From: Phyllosticta citribraziliensis
Taxonomy: Eukaryota
DNA length: 64,000 nt
Reading direction: 5' to 3'
NCBI RefSeq assembly: GCF_038025025.1
Contig: NW_027117346.1
Location: forward strand, 1,240,001-1,304,000
Below are positions 62,534-64,000 of this stretch, one piece after another; the first letter of the stretch is position 1, and the number at the start of each line of letters is the position of its first letter. The notes under the pieces were generated by a model. It was not told the origin of the DNA. It did not search any database and saw only the letters and a list, made by a program, of their open reading frames with translations. Made by a program: the position numbers and the translations under genes.

Positions 62534-62638
62534 GGGTCTGTGGTCTAGGGGTATGACACTCCCTTAGCATCTGGATGGTCTACGATCACCTGGATCCTGA
62601 GCTGGGAGAGGTCCCGGGTTCAATTCCCGGCGGATCCA
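62534..62638 (+). tRNA. tRNA-Ala(AGC) with 33-nt intron (62570-62602)
   Basis: Acceptor stem GGGTCTG/CGGATCC plus A with the G3:U70 alanine identity pair, anticodon arm CTCCC-TTAGCA^T-GGGAG, T-arm CCGGG-TTCAATT-CCCGG, and a T-run terminator at 62643-62648. Confidence 0.95.
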
Positions 62639-63263
62639 TTCCTTTTTGGCATCTCGTGATAGAGATCGTGGTGTTGTGGTGTTGCGGTGATGGTGTTGAG
62701 TTTTTGGGGATGAGGTGTGGGACCTTTTTTTTTTTTTTTTTTTCCTTTGCCCACCACGGGCACGAGACCTCATGACCTTGCGACTCCAGTTCAATGTTGA
62801 TTAAATGAACAGGATGCACAGGTAGGGAATGCAAATTTGCGCGTGGTTGATTGGTCGTCGCGAAGTGAGTGGATTTTTTCGTTGTGCGCTCGTGGAGGCG
62901 GAGAAAGGGCCGACAGCCGGCGGCTGCTAAGCGCGCTCGTGTTCCCCAGTCCCCCACCCCAACAGTCGGCACGCGAAAGGTTCCATCTTCGGTTGGTCTT
63001 GCTCTGCGCTTGCATGCTCTGAAAAGGGCCACAATGATTGGTCGAAATCGCGTCGCTGATGGAAACAAAGCAAGGATGAGATGGAATCGCTTCTTATTTT
63101 CTTTTCCCCGCTGGCGACGAGTTGCTGATCTGGAAGCTGCACTGCCGCTACGAGAGCTTTTGAGTCCGCCTGAGATGATAACACCGTCCAACACCCGGCC
63201 TGATAGCCTTGAATTTGCAAGCTCCTGGAAAGTGCCCGTCGTTCAAAATAAAGGAAAGCCAAT

Positions 63264-64000
63264 TCAACCGCTCTTCGAGATCTCAGCGGTGCTTGATGGC
63301 TTCCTCGCAGAAATGGCGACGTACCGCCAGCGTCCCTGTCCCCGGTATGATTCCACTCCGGCCACAGTATTGATGAAATATTTCTCTAGCCCCAAAAGAG
63401 TGATTATGAGGAACGGGAGGTAGGCGAGTATGTAGAACAGCCTCGTCATGGGCCTGATGTTCTCAGAATAATCCCGGACGACGATGTCGGTGAACCTAAC
63501 TTCCTTAAGCATCTCTTCGAATACGCCCGGATGCGACAGAGCATTCGTCGGCATGGCGGCAAAGTCGTTGATCTTGCGCATTGATGCCGCCATCGCCTCG
63601 GGCGAGCTTTCGACGAGTTCGTGGTCATATTCGAATTGCGACAGACGACCGCCAGGGCGAAGAAGACGGTAGAAGCCAGCGAGCACCGCCTTTGGGTCGG
63701 TCGCATGCACAAACGTCTCCATCGTGTAGATGCCGTCGAATGACTCCGTCTCCAGGCTTTCCAAGTGATGGTAATCCATTTTGCCAACCGTCACCTGGCC
63801 TGAAGGGAGGCCGGAACGAGCAATGTTGCGATTTGACTTTTTCAGGTGATGGTCCACAATGTCGATTCCTTGCACCCTGTACCCGTGCTCCTTTGCAAGA
63901 CGGATTGCGACATGACCGACTCCACACCCAGCGTCGAGAACTCGCGCTCCTGGTGGGAGGTCCAGCGAGGTCGCCATTTTGTCTTCCATGGCTCGTAGCG
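63264..64000 (-). CDS. Class I SAM-dependent methyltransferase (sterol C24-methyltransferase-like); 5' end lies outside the window
   Basis: RVLDAGCGVG motif I, VQGIDI, FDGIYTMETFVHA and YRLLRPGGRL. The frame is open to the window edge. Confidence 0.88.
   Translation of the reverse strand, partial: LRAMEDKMATSLDLPPGARVLDAGCGVGHVAIRLAKEHGYRVQGIDIVDHHLKKSNRNIARSGLPSGQVTVGKMDYHHLESLETESFDGIYTMETFVHATDPKAVLAGFYRLLRPGGRLSQFEYDHELVESSPEAMAASMRKINDFAAMPTNALSHPGVFEEMLKEVRFTDIVVRDYSENIRPMTRLFYILAYLPFLIITLLGLEKYFINTVAGVESYRGQGRWRYVAISARKPSSTAEISKSG

Noticed and set aside
41721..62638. Two tRNA genes as att-like ends of one integrated mobile element (e.g. a Starship)
   Set aside because: They are different intact tRNAs with no duplicated fragment or direct repeat, no recombinase or transposase ORF is seen, and the interval includes a conserved-type ECM13-like gene.

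Overview
Eukaryotic, intron-containing DNA from a filamentous ascomycete (Pezizomycotina-type GTRNGT donors and CTRAC branch sites; a Dothideomycete is a guess). The left half (1.7-32.7 kb) is gene-dense and conserved: RPL7 with an intronic box C/D snoRNA, SNF8, eIF3c/NIP1, the divergent RRP3-SSF1 pair, a HAD hydrolase, an Ifh1/Crf1-like acidic protein, a DPR-repeat fungal dehydrin, TOF1, 3-hydroxybutyryl-CoA dehydrogenase, a small secreted protein and VPS35. The right half (33-64 kb) is gene-sparse and looks accessory: a NACHT-ankyrin-SPRY NLR-like receptor, tRNA-Asp, an OTT_1508-like Zn-dependent deaminase, an ECM13-like gene, about 10 kb of non-coding DNA, a multi-TM protein with near-identical 99-nt ankyrin repeats, tRNA-Ala and a partial SAM methyltransferase. 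The best candidate for an undescribed system is the NLR / deaminase / TM-ankyrin grouping around the two tRNA genes. All family calls are by-eye motif recognition; no searches were run.
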